A DNA stretch of 64,000 nucleotides, from assembly GCA_963804955.1 (NCBI GenBank), contig CAWDSQ010000024.1, positions 64,001 to 128,000 of the forward strand, given 5' to 3'. Positions 41,664-51,628 of this stretch are shown piece by piece; the stretch's first letter is position 1, and every line of letters begins with the position of its first letter. The notes under the pieces were generated by a model that saw nothing but the letters and a program-made list of their open reading frames with translations, was not told the DNA's origin and ran no database searches. Origin of the DNA: an uncultured delta proteobacterium (GTDB lineage Bacteria > Desulfobacterota > WTBG01 > CAIYCZ01 > CAIRTM01). The position numbers were made by a program, and so were the translations under genes.

Positions 41664-42811
41664 GTGACGAGAGAAGAACTGCTCGACAAAGCATTACACT
41701 GCAACAGATGCGGCACCTGCCGCGGCGTTACCCAGGATGTGATCCCCGATGTGGCATTCGCCCTGCAATGCCCCTGCGGCTCGGAATTTTTTGGCTGCTA
41801 TGAGCCGTCAGGCCTTATGTATATGGCACGGGGATTGCCATGGGTAATTTGAAATGGAATGAAGATCTGGCAAAAGTGCTGTATGCCTGCACCATGTGCG
41901 GCTACTGCGATGATTTCTGCCAGCGCGGATATCGCCATACCCCTGCCATTGCGATTCTTGAAGAACTGCGCAGGGATATTCCGCAGAAACTGAAACCCAA
42001 AGCCCTGCAGAAAGCGACCGAAAGCATCAATATCCCCAAGGCACAGAAGCTTTCTGTTCTTGCAGGCTATGGTATCACGGATATCGCTCCGGGCAAAAAA
42101 GCCGACACAATTTTCTTTCCCGACAATACGCTCATGCTCAATGCCGCAAAGCTCAGGGAAATCGGCTATATTTTCCAGAAAAGCGGCAAGAAAATCAGCT
42201 GCTTCATAAGCGATCCGCTGCCTCCGGTAAATGCCTCTCTGGTGTTCGGCGGCTGCGATGATGCACTGGCTGCCTGCATGGCGGAAATCGATGACCGGCT
42301 GGAAGATGCAGCGGTGAAAAAAGTCATCGTGTACAATCCCGAAAGCCTGTCGGTCCTCAAGCGCAACAGCAAAGCTGATGTTGAATTCATTTCCATCACG
42401 AGTTTTTATGCCGGGCTGCTCAAAAGCAAAAAGGCCAAAAAACTGAAAATGCCCGCTGTCACGTATCAGGACCCCTGCCATCTTGGCCGTTATGCCAAAG
42501 ACTATGCAGCACCCCGGGAAGTCATTGCAGCACTGGGTTTGGAACTGAAGGATATGTGGCGCTCAGGCAATAACTCCCTGTGCTGCGGCGCAGGCGGTGG
42601 CGTTCTGGCAACAAATCCGGCCCTTGCCAAGCGATATGCTGAAAAGCGTATGCATGAAGCAAGCGCAACCGGCGCAAAAGTAATGATTACGGCCTGCCCG
42701 TACTGCCTTGCCAATCTCTCCGGCGCAAAGCCACGGGATTTCAAGATAGTAGATATCACCTCACTGGTGGCGCAGGCTTATGGCTTTTCCGGAAAGGAGG
42801 GCGGTAAGTAA
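41664..42811 (+). CDS. (Fe-S)-binding CCG-domain protein (GlcF/HdrD-like); frameshift near 41835
   Basis: CNRCGTC, CTMCGYCDDFC, TYQDPCHLGR, CCGAGGG, TACPYC; AAGGAGG RBS. Confidence 0.85.
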
Positions 42812-44335
42812 TGAAATCACAAGAGATCATTAAAGGTCTTAAAAAAATAGTGGGTGCTGATTGGGTGCGCTCCGACGAACTCAGCCGCTTCCACAACGGC
42901 GCCGACGTGCTCACGCATTTCGGGCAGGGAGCGCTGTATCCGGAGAATCATCCTGTGGCGGTCGTCCTGCCCGGCTCAACAAAAGACGTGCAGGCCGTAG
43001 TGAGATTCGCCGGTAAAAACAATGTGCCACTCTACTGCGTGGGCGGCGGTACCGTGCTTCTGATCGGTTCCATACCGGGCAAGCCTGATATGGGCATCGT
43101 GTTTGATTTTCACCGAATGCAGAAGGTTACCCTTGATAAAGACCGTCTGGTCGTCCGGGCACAGCCCGGCGCCACGGGTCTGCAGGTCAGTCAGCTCGTG
43201 CGCGGAGAAAATATCGGCTATCGCCCTTATTTCGGCGGCAGCCCGGGAACGTCGCTGTTTGTCCCTTATCAGGTTTTCACCGGCCAGAATAAAATGGCAG
43301 GCTACCTTGACGGCATGGGCATCAACTGCGTTGCCGGCATGGAAATGGTGCTCCCGAGCGGCGAGATTATCAAAGCCGGTTCCATGATGAACAGTGCTGC
43401 ACCCGGCTGGCCGCATGGCCCCGGACCGGCCCTTACCTATCTGCCGTTTTTCTCAAATGCCGGCTATGGCGTCGTGACGGCAATGGAATTCCGCTGCTTT
43501 TCAACGCCTCAGGAAAATGCCTCACTCTGGGTTACCTTCAAGACCCTGCGGGAAGCCTGCGAGGCCATGAACGCGGTTATTAGAAGTGAATATGCCTGCG
43601 GTGCAACCGTTATGGGCCCCGGCTGCTGGACGCACTGCCTCTATTCCTCCCAGCACTGGCAGGAGGGTGCGCATTTCGTGAAAGGAACCCAGGACATCAA
43701 CCTTGTCGGCATGTCCTTCCGCGGCTCGAAGAAAAAAGTTACCTATGAGCGCAATGCCTGCATTAAGATGCTGGAAAAGTATGGCGGCACTGTTATGCCG
43801 GCCTGGATGGTCGCAATTCTTGATGGTCATGAAGCAAATGCAGCCGGCTGGCAGCAGTGCAACAGCCCCAAAATTTGCGGCACATTCAACGGCAAGTCGG
43901 ATTCAGGCGGCATTTTCGTTTCCGGCGGCGTGTTTGATCAGATGAAGCAGCTTGAGGATTATATGCGCCTTGGCATGGCTGAGTATCAGGATGTCTGCCG
44001 CAAAAACCCCGAGTTCCTGAATCATCCGCATCCGATCATCCGCTTGTATGCAAGTTGCGGCCAGACCTATCTGTCGATGGGCGGCCATGCAAATGCAGCC
44101 GGTGAAGTTATCTTCGTGCTTGATTTTGCAAACCGCAAGTTCCTGCCCGATGATTGGCGAGATCAAGGGCAGGTTTGACAAACTCATGAAGGAAATCGGC
44201 ATGGCGCCACTGGGCGTTGGCCGTGACGGAAGAACCTGGACTGAATGCCATGATCACTTTGAAGTGGCAAAAATGATCAAAAAGACGGTGGATCCCAAGG
44301 GCTTCATGGCCCCTGGCGTTGCTTTTCCGATGTAA
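42811..44335 (+). CDS. FAD-binding oxidoreductase (GlcD/VAO-like), type B2; frameshift near 44150
   Basis: PVAVVLPGSTKDVQ, EMVLPSGE, GPGPALT, GYGVVT, VDPKGFMAPG; start overlaps upstream stop (TAATG). Confidence 0.85.
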
Positions 44336-44355
44336 AAAAGCAGTCAACACACATA

Positions 44356-44388
44356 AAAAAGCCGGTGAGATTATCACCGGCTTTTTTT
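44356..44388 (+). terminator. Bidirectional intrinsic terminator ending the redox cluster
   Basis: AAAAAAGCCGGTGA-gatta-TCACCGGCTTTTTT. Confidence 0.88.
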
Positions 44389-44499
44389 ATTGATGACTAA
44401 AAATTATATTTTGAAACACTCTTTTAAATAATTTTTTTGACTTAAATTAATAAATAGATTAAATATTTATTAAAAAAATGCCCCTGGTATTTCATATTC

Positions 44500-47400
44500 A
44501 TGAAGCTGCTAACGCCAATAGAATGGTTTAAAAACTGCGCACCACAATCAGGTATCGCGCAAAGACTTGTTTGGTCCGTACTCATTTTCAGTTTTTTTAT
44601 TTCGATAATCACCGGGGCTATACAAAGCTATTTTGAGTACCAGAAGGAACTGGCGGTACTTGAACAGAATTTGTCCGATATTGAGCATACACACTTTCCA
44701 GCAATTATTGAAAATGTCTGCTCGAAAAATACTGCTGTGCTTATTAAAGAAGCATGCGCCATCAAAAATACGCCCCATATTGTTCATGTGACTATACATA
44801 TCAGCCAAAATGAGTTGGCCAGTGCCGGGGAAATTGCAGGCAGGCAGCTCATCAGCCGCAACTATCCAATAACCTGTTTTTACGACAAGGCTACACGGCA
44901 GACGGGCCTGCTGACAGTAACAGCCAGCGCCGATGGCATTGCCTCCGCTGTCATGAAATCTTTCTTGAGAACACTTCTCCGCGATACACTCAGCAGCCTG
45001 CTGCTGGCTCTGGCTCTTATCCTGTTAGTGCAGCATCTATTCAAGCGGCATATAAACGCAATGATCAGCTACATTCGGAGCCTGACTCCACAGCACATGG
45101 ATGCTCCTTGTGTGCTGTATCGCAGGCATGGCAGAACACCGGATGAGCTTGATACACTGGCTGCTTCAATAAATGACCTGCGCTGCAGGCTGCTTGGATG
45201 CTCTACGCAGCTGCACGAAAAAGAGCTTGAGTTGAGCGGCACTGAATCTGTTCTGATGCATGTACTTAACGCGATACCCCTCTCTATCTTCTGGAAGGAT
45301 ATCAACGGCAGCTATTTAGGCTGCAATCAAAACTTTGCGTCATTGACTGGCCTGGATGCACCGGAAAAAATTGTCGGAAAAACCGATTTCGATCTGCCGT
45401 TCACAGCTGCTGAGACTGCAGCATTTCAATCTATAGATCGCGCAGTTCTTGAAGACAATCGTCCGCATCAGATGGTCGCCCTGCTCCAGGTCTCCGGCGG
45501 AAAAAGCCTGTGGGTAGACATAACAAAAGCACCCCTTATCCAATGCATCCGGCATTGTCTATGGCATTTTGGGCGTTGGAGTTGATATCACCGAACGCAA
45601 ACAGGCTGAAAAATGTCTGCTTGAAAGCGAACAGCGTTTTCGGAGCTATTTCGAACTGCCACTTGTCGGCATTGTCATTACATCCACTGAAAAAAGCTGG
45701 CTTAATGTCAACGACAGAGCCTGTGAAATACTCGGGTATACCAAAGATGACCTTCTGCAGCAAACATGGTCATCGATGACTCATCCGGACGACCTTGGCG
45801 CCGATGTAGAAAAATTCAACCTCATGCTTGCCGGGGCAATCGATCAATATACTATGGAGAAGCGTTTCATACGCAAGGACGGCAGGATTGTATATGTTGA
45901 CTTGTCTGTCGGCTGCGTGCGCACAGCCGACGACTCAGTTGACTATGTTGTTGCCCTTTTTAACGATATCACCGAGCGCGTAAAATCACAGGAGGAGCTC
46001 CGCAGATTGTCCGCCGTTGTTGAACAGGTTAATGAAATTATCGTCATTACAGACATGCAGGGAGTAATCCAGTATGTCAATCCGGCGTTCACGCTTGCTA
46101 CGGGCTATAGCAGCGAAGAGGCCATCGGAAACACACCCGCGCTGGTGCGCAGCGGAAAACATGATGAGATTTTCTACAAAACGCTCTGGTCAACGATTTT
46201 GCAGGGCGAAACATGGCGCGGCAGATTTGTGAATCGAAAAAAAAATGGCGAGCTCTATGATGAGGAAGCCGCCATTTATCCCATACGCAGCGCCGCAGGC
46301 AGCATCACAAACTATGTTGCCGTCAAACGTGATATAACCCATGATCTCAAAATTGAGCAGCAGTTGCGGCAGGTCCAGAAAATGGAGGCAATCGGAACGC
46401 TTGCCGGAGGTATCGCCCATGATTTCAATAATATTCTTGGCGTCATATACGGATATGCCGAAATGTCAATGGACCCTTCTGAAACCATGCCGCAAATCAC
46501 CAGCAATCTCCATCAGCTCATCAGCGCGGCCAACCGCGCAAAAGATCTGATCCGCCAGATTCTCACCATCAGCAGGCAGACTGAAAAGGAAGCTCTGCCG
46601 GTAACAATTTCTCCCATCATCAAGGAAGTCATCAGATTTATACGGGCTTCGCTGCCCTCAACAATCCAGATAAAACAGTCATTGACGGCAAAAAACGACC
46701 TGATCCTTGCCGATCCGATACAGATACACCAGCTGCTTATGAATTTGTGCACAAATGCCGGCCATGCAATGAAGGATGTCGGGCGGCGTGCTTGAAATCA
46801 ACCTCAGAAATATTTACTTCAGCGATACGGATGTGCTGGAATTTCCCTTATTGAAAAGCGGCGATTATATTTGCCTGTCGGTTCACGATACGGGATGCGG
46901 CATATCAAGCACCAATATGGAGCATATTTTCGAGCCCTATTTTACGACAAAAGAACCCAGCGAAGGAACCGGGCTTGGCCTTGCGGTGGTGCATGGCATT
47001 GTTCGCAAATGCGGCGGCGACATCAGGGTCTACGAGCGAGGTCGGCAAAGGGTCACAGTTCAATATCTATCTGCCGGTGCTTGCAAAAGAATCCGAGAGT
47101 AAAACAGAAACAACCTCGGTCATTCCGAGGGGCACAGAGCATATTTTATTTGTCGATGATGAAATTGCGCTGGTAAAAACAAGCAAAATAATTCTTGAGC
47201 GTCTCGGCTACACGGTGACGGGCATGACTAGTTCAGAGCAGGCGCTGGATATTTTTAACAAGACGCCGGATGCATTTGACCTGTTAATAACGGATAAAAC
47301 AATGCCTGAGCTGTCGGGGTTTGAACTCGTGCAGGCGATGAGGTCTCAGCGGCCGGATATGCCGATGATTCTCTGCACGGGCGTGAGTGTCAAGTCGGAT

Positions 47401-47529
47401 ATTGAGAAAGTACAGGAATTCGGCATTAATGCTTTTATTTTGAAGCCCTTCAACAAGCAGGAGCTTGCCTGCACCATCAGGGATGTTTTAGATCACAGGC
47501 ATGTACCGGAATGGGCTCAGAAATCCTGA
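44500..47529 (+). CDS. Membrane hybrid sensor kinase (2 TM, HAMP-like, 3 PAS, HisKA, HATPase, REC); frameshifted
   Basis: DELDTLAASIN; PAS segments; GTLAGGIAHDFNNIL; EPYFTTK..GTGLGL; ILFVDDE, LITDKTMP, KPF. Confidence 0.88.
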
Positions 47530-47551
47530 GAGCAGTCAACTCCACGACCCT

Positions 47552-47710
47552 CTAGCAGGCCATTAAAAAAGTCAATGCATACAGGCTGTTCAAAAATGCC
47601 TGGATGCAAGGCTTGCGAAATGAGGCGTACTTTTCGTACGCCGCAGTGAAGCATGATGAGCGCAATCCCGCTTCAGCGGGACAGATGGGCGTTTTTCAAC
47701 AGCCTGCTAG
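47552..47710. mobile_element. MITE/REP-like palindromic element overlapping the nrpR stop codon
   Basis: CAGGCTGTTCAAAAATGCC (47582) vs GGCGTTTTTCAACAGCCTG (ending 47706), 17/19 inverted match; outer CTAGCAGGC/GCCTGCTAG; internal hairpins GGCGTAC..GTACGCC and TCCCGCT..AGCGGGA. Confidence 0.65.
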
Positions 47711-48717
47711 ACAAGAAACTGCTGCAGCCTGTCCCCCATCTCTTCATAGTGAAACAGCCTTCCGAAATCAATCAGGCCTGAAAGGGCTCGGGAATGCACC
47801 CTGAAGCCGCTCTCCTCAAGAATTGAAACCGGATTTAAGCCGCCGATCACAATGGCGCCAACGCGCCCCTCGCTCACGGGAATATCAATAAGCGGCTGCC
47901 CCGGACGTCCGATGCACATAAAAGCGCCAAGCCCTGCTTTTTCGAGCTTTTCTGCAAGTGACTCCACCATCTCCCTGCTTTCTGCGGGAAACTCCCTGAA
48001 ACCAACGCCGATGCGGCCATTGCCGGTTTTGATGGCGCCGATATAATTGGTCATGCCGCTGCGAATGAATACCTCAAGAGGGTCAATGCTCGTGCCGTCA
48101 TACATAATGATCTCGACAAAGCGAACGGGTTTCTTATCACGCAGTTCCAGCACCCCGCCAAAACGCGAATTTGTCGGAATGCCGTGCTGCAGCAGTACGC
48201 CGTTGAGAGTAATTGAGCAGACCGTGCCGATGCCGATCATGCCCTCAGGAACGGTCAGCTGACCTATGCGCTCACCTGGAGCAAGAAAAGTAATAAGATT
48301 GCCCATGGCATAGCCATCGGCATACACCTTCTGCATCATGGGAAGACACTGGGCAACCTGACGCGGATCCGCAAGCGTCGTGTTCACAACAAGATTTCCG
48401 GTACGGCTGGCAAGGTTGAAATTCATACGATAGGTCATCTGGTCTATCTTTGCAGACAGGAAGCCAACCCGCTCAATGGTCTTGCTTGCCTCGAATTCAC
48501 ACAATCCGCGCTCGGTAATGCGATGGCAGCACTTATCTGTCTTTTCGATCAGTCCCGCATCAAACATTTCCTGCAGATAGAGCCTTACGGTGCGCTCACT
48601 AATTTCATGACCCTGCGACAAAAGCTCCTGGGCAATTTTCGAACTGCGCATAGGTTTTTCAATATCTTTGATAATGCTTAAAATAGCATTTTTTTTCTTT
48701 GCGGCTTTTTCATGCAT
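47707..48717 (-). CDS. nrpR: NrpR-family transcriptional repressor (wHTH + DUF128/NRD)
   Basis: N-terminal HTH ISERTVRLYL; GTVCSITLNG, FGGVLE, YDGTSIDPLEVFI, GGLNP; GGGAGG RBS. Confidence 0.85.
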   Translation of the reverse strand: MHEKAAKKKNAILSIIKDIEKPMRSSKIAQELLSQGHEISERTVRLYLQEMFDAGLIEKTDKCCHRITERGLCEFEASKTIERVGFLSAKIDQMTYRMNFNLASRTGNLVVNTTLADPRQVAQCLPMMQKVYADGYAMGNLITFLAPGERIGQLTVPEGMIGIGTVCSITLNGVLLQHGIPTNSRFGGVLELRDKKPVRFVEIIMYDGTSIDPLEVFIRSGMTNYIGAIKTGNGRIGVGFREFPAESREMVESLAEKLEKAGLGAFMCIGRPGQPLIDIPVSEGRVGAIVIGGLNPVSILEESGFRVHSRALSGLIDFGRLFHYEEMGDRLQQFLV

Positions 48718-48967
48718 TCCGGCAAAACCTCCCAGTCCCAATTGCAGCAAAAATAACTATACTCCTGCCGATTTTCACTATCTCACGATAATGGTTTTAG
48801 AAGGTTAACAAATAAAATAGTGCTAATCAAACATTTTTTAGAAGAAAGTCTTACTCTAAAATCTTAATAAATGGCAAAAATTCCGATTAACACTATAGCA
48901 ATTAGGCAAAAATGCCAAATTGTTACTATAAAATTTAAAACATTACATGCTAAGAGTTCAATAAATA

Positions 48968-49049
48968 TTGACTATTTTCTAGATAGCTGTTAAATAATGA
49001 AAACATTACAGGCAATGAATTGCCGAATCAATGGCACATGCTTGCCTGT
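48968..49049 (+). promoter_or_regulatory. gdhA promoter with two tandem GGCA-N6-TGCC palindromes (candidate NrpR operators)
   Basis: TTGACT (48968)-17 bp-TAAATA; GGCAATGAATTGCC at 49011-49024 and GGCACATGCTTGCC at 49033-49046. Confidence 0.6.
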
Positions 49050-49193
49050 TTTCAACTATGAAGTGCTCGACAGTTTCACAACGGCACAGGTGTACAAGAT
49101 CAGACAAAGGCAGTCAACAATCCGGAAAAGTTCTTATTCAGGACTTTTTACGGAGGCAAACCACTAACTATCCAGAGAACGGGAGGTTGTACC

Positions 49194-50552
49194 ATGTCGG
49201 TAATCAGTGAAGTACTTGAAAAAATCAAAAAGCAGGACCCCAATCAACTTGAGTTCCACCAGGCTGCGCAGGAGGTTCTTGAATCACTTGAGCCTACAGT
49301 AAAAAAGCATCCTGAATTTGTAAAGGCAAAGATATATGAGCGCATAGTTGAGCCTGAACGGGTAATCATCTTTCGCGTTCCCTGGGTCGATGACAAGGGC
49401 GAGGTACAGGTTAACCGCGGATACCGCGTTCAGTTCAATAATGCTATCGGTCCTTTTAAGGGCGGCCTTCGCTTCCATCCATCGGTAAATCTGGGCATTC
49501 TCAAATTCCTCGGCTTTGAGCAGATATTCAAGAACTCGCTTACCACACTTCCCATGGGCGGCGGCAAGGGCGGCTGCGATTTTGACCCCAAAGGCAAATC
49601 AGATATGGAAGTCATGCGTTTCTGCCAGACGTTTATGCGCGAGCTGTACCGCCATATCGGTCCGGATACGGATGTGCCTGCCGGCGATATCGGTGTTGGC
49701 GGTCGCGAAATAGGCTACATGAACGGCTATTATAAAAAGATTCGAAATGAGCATACCTGCGTGCTGACCGGCAAGGGTCTTGAGTACGGCGGAAGCCTTA
49801 TCCGGCCTGAAGCAACCGGCTATGGCTGCGTATACTTCGCGGCAGAAATGCTTGCGACCCGCAGCCTTGATTTTAAGGGTAAAACAGTAGCCGTCAGCGG
49901 CGCAGGCAATGTTGCCCAGTATACGATTGAAAAGGTAAATCAGCTCGGCGGCAAGTGTATTTCAGTGTGCGACTCCAATGCCACCATTATTGATGAGTCA
50001 GGCATAGATGCTGAAAAATTAAATTTTATTATGGACCTGAAAAATGTCCGCCGCGGCAGGATCAGTGAATATGCAGAGAAATATCCCAAGGCCAAATGCT
50101 TTAGCGGGCAAAGCATTTGGGATGTTATCGCATCCCAGGGCATTAAGGTTGACGTTGCTCTTCCTTCGGCTACCCAGAATGAAATCGACGGCAATCATGC
50201 AGCAGCTCTTGTTAAAAACGGCTGCTTCTGCATCGCGGAAGGCGCAAATATGCCTTCTACCCCGGAAGCCGTTAAAATCTATAAAGATGCCAAAGTTCTT
50301 TTTGGACCCGGCAAGGCGGCAAATGCGGGCGGTGTTGCAACCTCCGGTCTTGAAATGTCACAAAACAGCCTGCGCCTCTCCTGGACCCGCGAAGAGGTTG
50401 ACAGCAGACTGCACGGCATCATGAAGAGCATCCACAAATCATGCATCGATGCTTCTGAAGCGTATGCCACAAAGGGTGATTATGTGGCTGGCGCCAATAT
50501 CGCAGGCTTCCTCAAAGTCGCAAAAGCAATGCTTGCTAACGGTATTGTTTAA
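49194..50552 (+). CDS. gdhA: NADP-specific glutamate dehydrogenase
   Basis: KGGLRFHPSVN, GGGKGG, DVPAGDIGVG, RPEATGYG, KAANAGGVATSGLEM; GGGAGG RBS. Confidence 0.95.
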   Translation: MSVISEVLEKIKKQDPNQLEFHQAAQEVLESLEPTVKKHPEFVKAKIYERIVEPERVIIFRVPWVDDKGEVQVNRGYRVQFNNAIGPFKGGLRFHPSVNLGILKFLGFEQIFKNSLTTLPMGGGKGGCDFDPKGKSDMEVMRFCQTFMRELYRHIGPDTDVPAGDIGVGGREIGYMNGYYKKIRNEHTCVLTGKGLEYGGSLIRPEATGYGCVYFAAEMLATRSLDFKGKTVAVSGAGNVAQYTIEKVNQLGGKCISVCDSNATIIDESGIDAEKLNFIMDLKNVRRGRISEYAEKYPKAKCFSGQSIWDVIASQGIKVDVALPSATQNEIDGNHAAALVKNGCFCIAEGANMPSTPEAVKIYKDAKVLFGPGKAANAGGVATSGLEMSQNSLRLSWTREEVDSRLHGIMKSIHKSCIDASEAYATKGDYVAGANIAGFLKVAKAMLANGIV

Positions 50553-50566
50553 TCACAAGAAACACG

Positions 50567-50600
50567 GAAAGCCCCTTTGTTGCGAAGGGGCTTTCTTTTT
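50567..50600 (+). terminator. Intrinsic terminator after gdhA
   Basis: GAAAGCCCCTT-tgttgcg-AAGGGGCTTTCTTTTT. Confidence 0.85.
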
Positions 50601-50700
50601 ATTCTATAAAAACGATACAGCCCCCCTTTTTTAACAATGAACACCTACTGCGAACATACCGGCAAAAAAACTCATCGGGGTCAGAAACCCGTATGTACCG

Positions 50701-51426
50701 ATGCCCGCTAGTTCCGCAATGCAGAGCTGCGGACACTTCTCCCCGGAGGTTGATTTTAATCCCGGTACCGCACAAGGCTCCATCATTCTCACTATCACCT
50801 GTGTTGCCGGCGAAGCTGCAGATGAGGCTTTGCGCATCGTAAAATCGGTGCTGGCATCTCCATATGCATTCAGCAGCAGATATGCCGTCGCCCGGGGCGG
50901 AGCCCGTATCGGTGATTTTGAAGTGCCTGTAAATAAAACAGCGATCTGCACGGTTTGCAGCATGACGCTCAACGCTCTTTTGCATAATCACGGCATTCAT
51001 GCAACACCAAAATTCGGCGGCGTTGTTGAGGTTGAGCATCATCAGCCCAAAAAATTTTCTGCCTTCCTCAGCTCTGGTCTTGCACCGATGGCGCCGCTTG
51101 ACATTTTTATTTCATGCGCCATGACCTCAATTTGTAAAACAATTCAGAGCGGAAGCGGAGACGTTCTGGGAAGCTTTCTGGAAATCCCGGAATCATTTCT
51201 GCCGGATGCAATAAAAATTTATGGCCGTATAAAAAAAACCGGCATGGGTGGTAAAATAATGTTCGGCATGCCCAGCCAGCCTCTCCTGGGTATGCCCGTC
51301 TCTATCGGCTGCGCTGGTATCGTGGTTTTTCGAGCCCTCAATACAGCTGCGGCACTGACTGAAAAAGGAATTACATCCGAAGTCCGCACTGAAAAAATGC
51401 TCTATGACTATGCCGCACTCGTATAG
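50701..51426 (+). CDS. NrpR regulatory-domain (DUF128) protein lacking the HTH
   Basis: Aligns with the C-terminal two thirds of 47707..48717 (CTVCSMTLNA, FGGVVE, PLDIFI, EIPES, QPLLGMPV); start may be 50637 via a homopolymer frameshift. Confidence 0.75.
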   Translation: MPASSAMQSCGHFSPEVDFNPGTAQGSIILTITCVAGEAADEALRIVKSVLASPYAFSSRYAVARGGARIGDFEVPVNKTAICTVCSMTLNALLHNHGIHATPKFGGVVEVEHHQPKKFSAFLSSGLAPMAPLDIFISCAMTSICKTIQSGSGDVLGSFLEIPESFLPDAIKIYGRIKKTGMGGKIMFGMPSQPLLGMPVSIGCAGIVVFRALNTAAALTEKGITSEVRTEKMLYDYAALV

Positions 51427-51563
51427 CTTCGCCCCCTTCCCTTTCCGATTTAAATGTTGTATAAAATTAACTGCCTTAACATTTATTACTAAAACCCATA
51501 CAAGAATTCCCGCCCGGCCGCAAACTTATCATTTATACCTCTATATCTGGTATGCGTTTGTCC

Positions 51564-51593
51564 TTGACACACCATATGTTTTTTAATTATACT
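51564..51593 (+). promoter_or_regulatory. Sigma70 promoter of the DD-carboxypeptidase gene
   Basis: TTGACA-18 bp-TATACT. Confidence 0.55.
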
Positions 51594-51628
51594 TCCATAA
51601 AAAAACTAGCACTATAAGGAACACTCTT

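Noticed and set aside
49032..49045. TGGCAC..TTGC resembling a sigma54 -24/-12 promoter before gdhA
   Set aside because: Spacing is GG-N9-GC rather than the required GG-N10-GC; better explained as a GGCA-N6-TGCC palindrome, unless a base is missing through read error.
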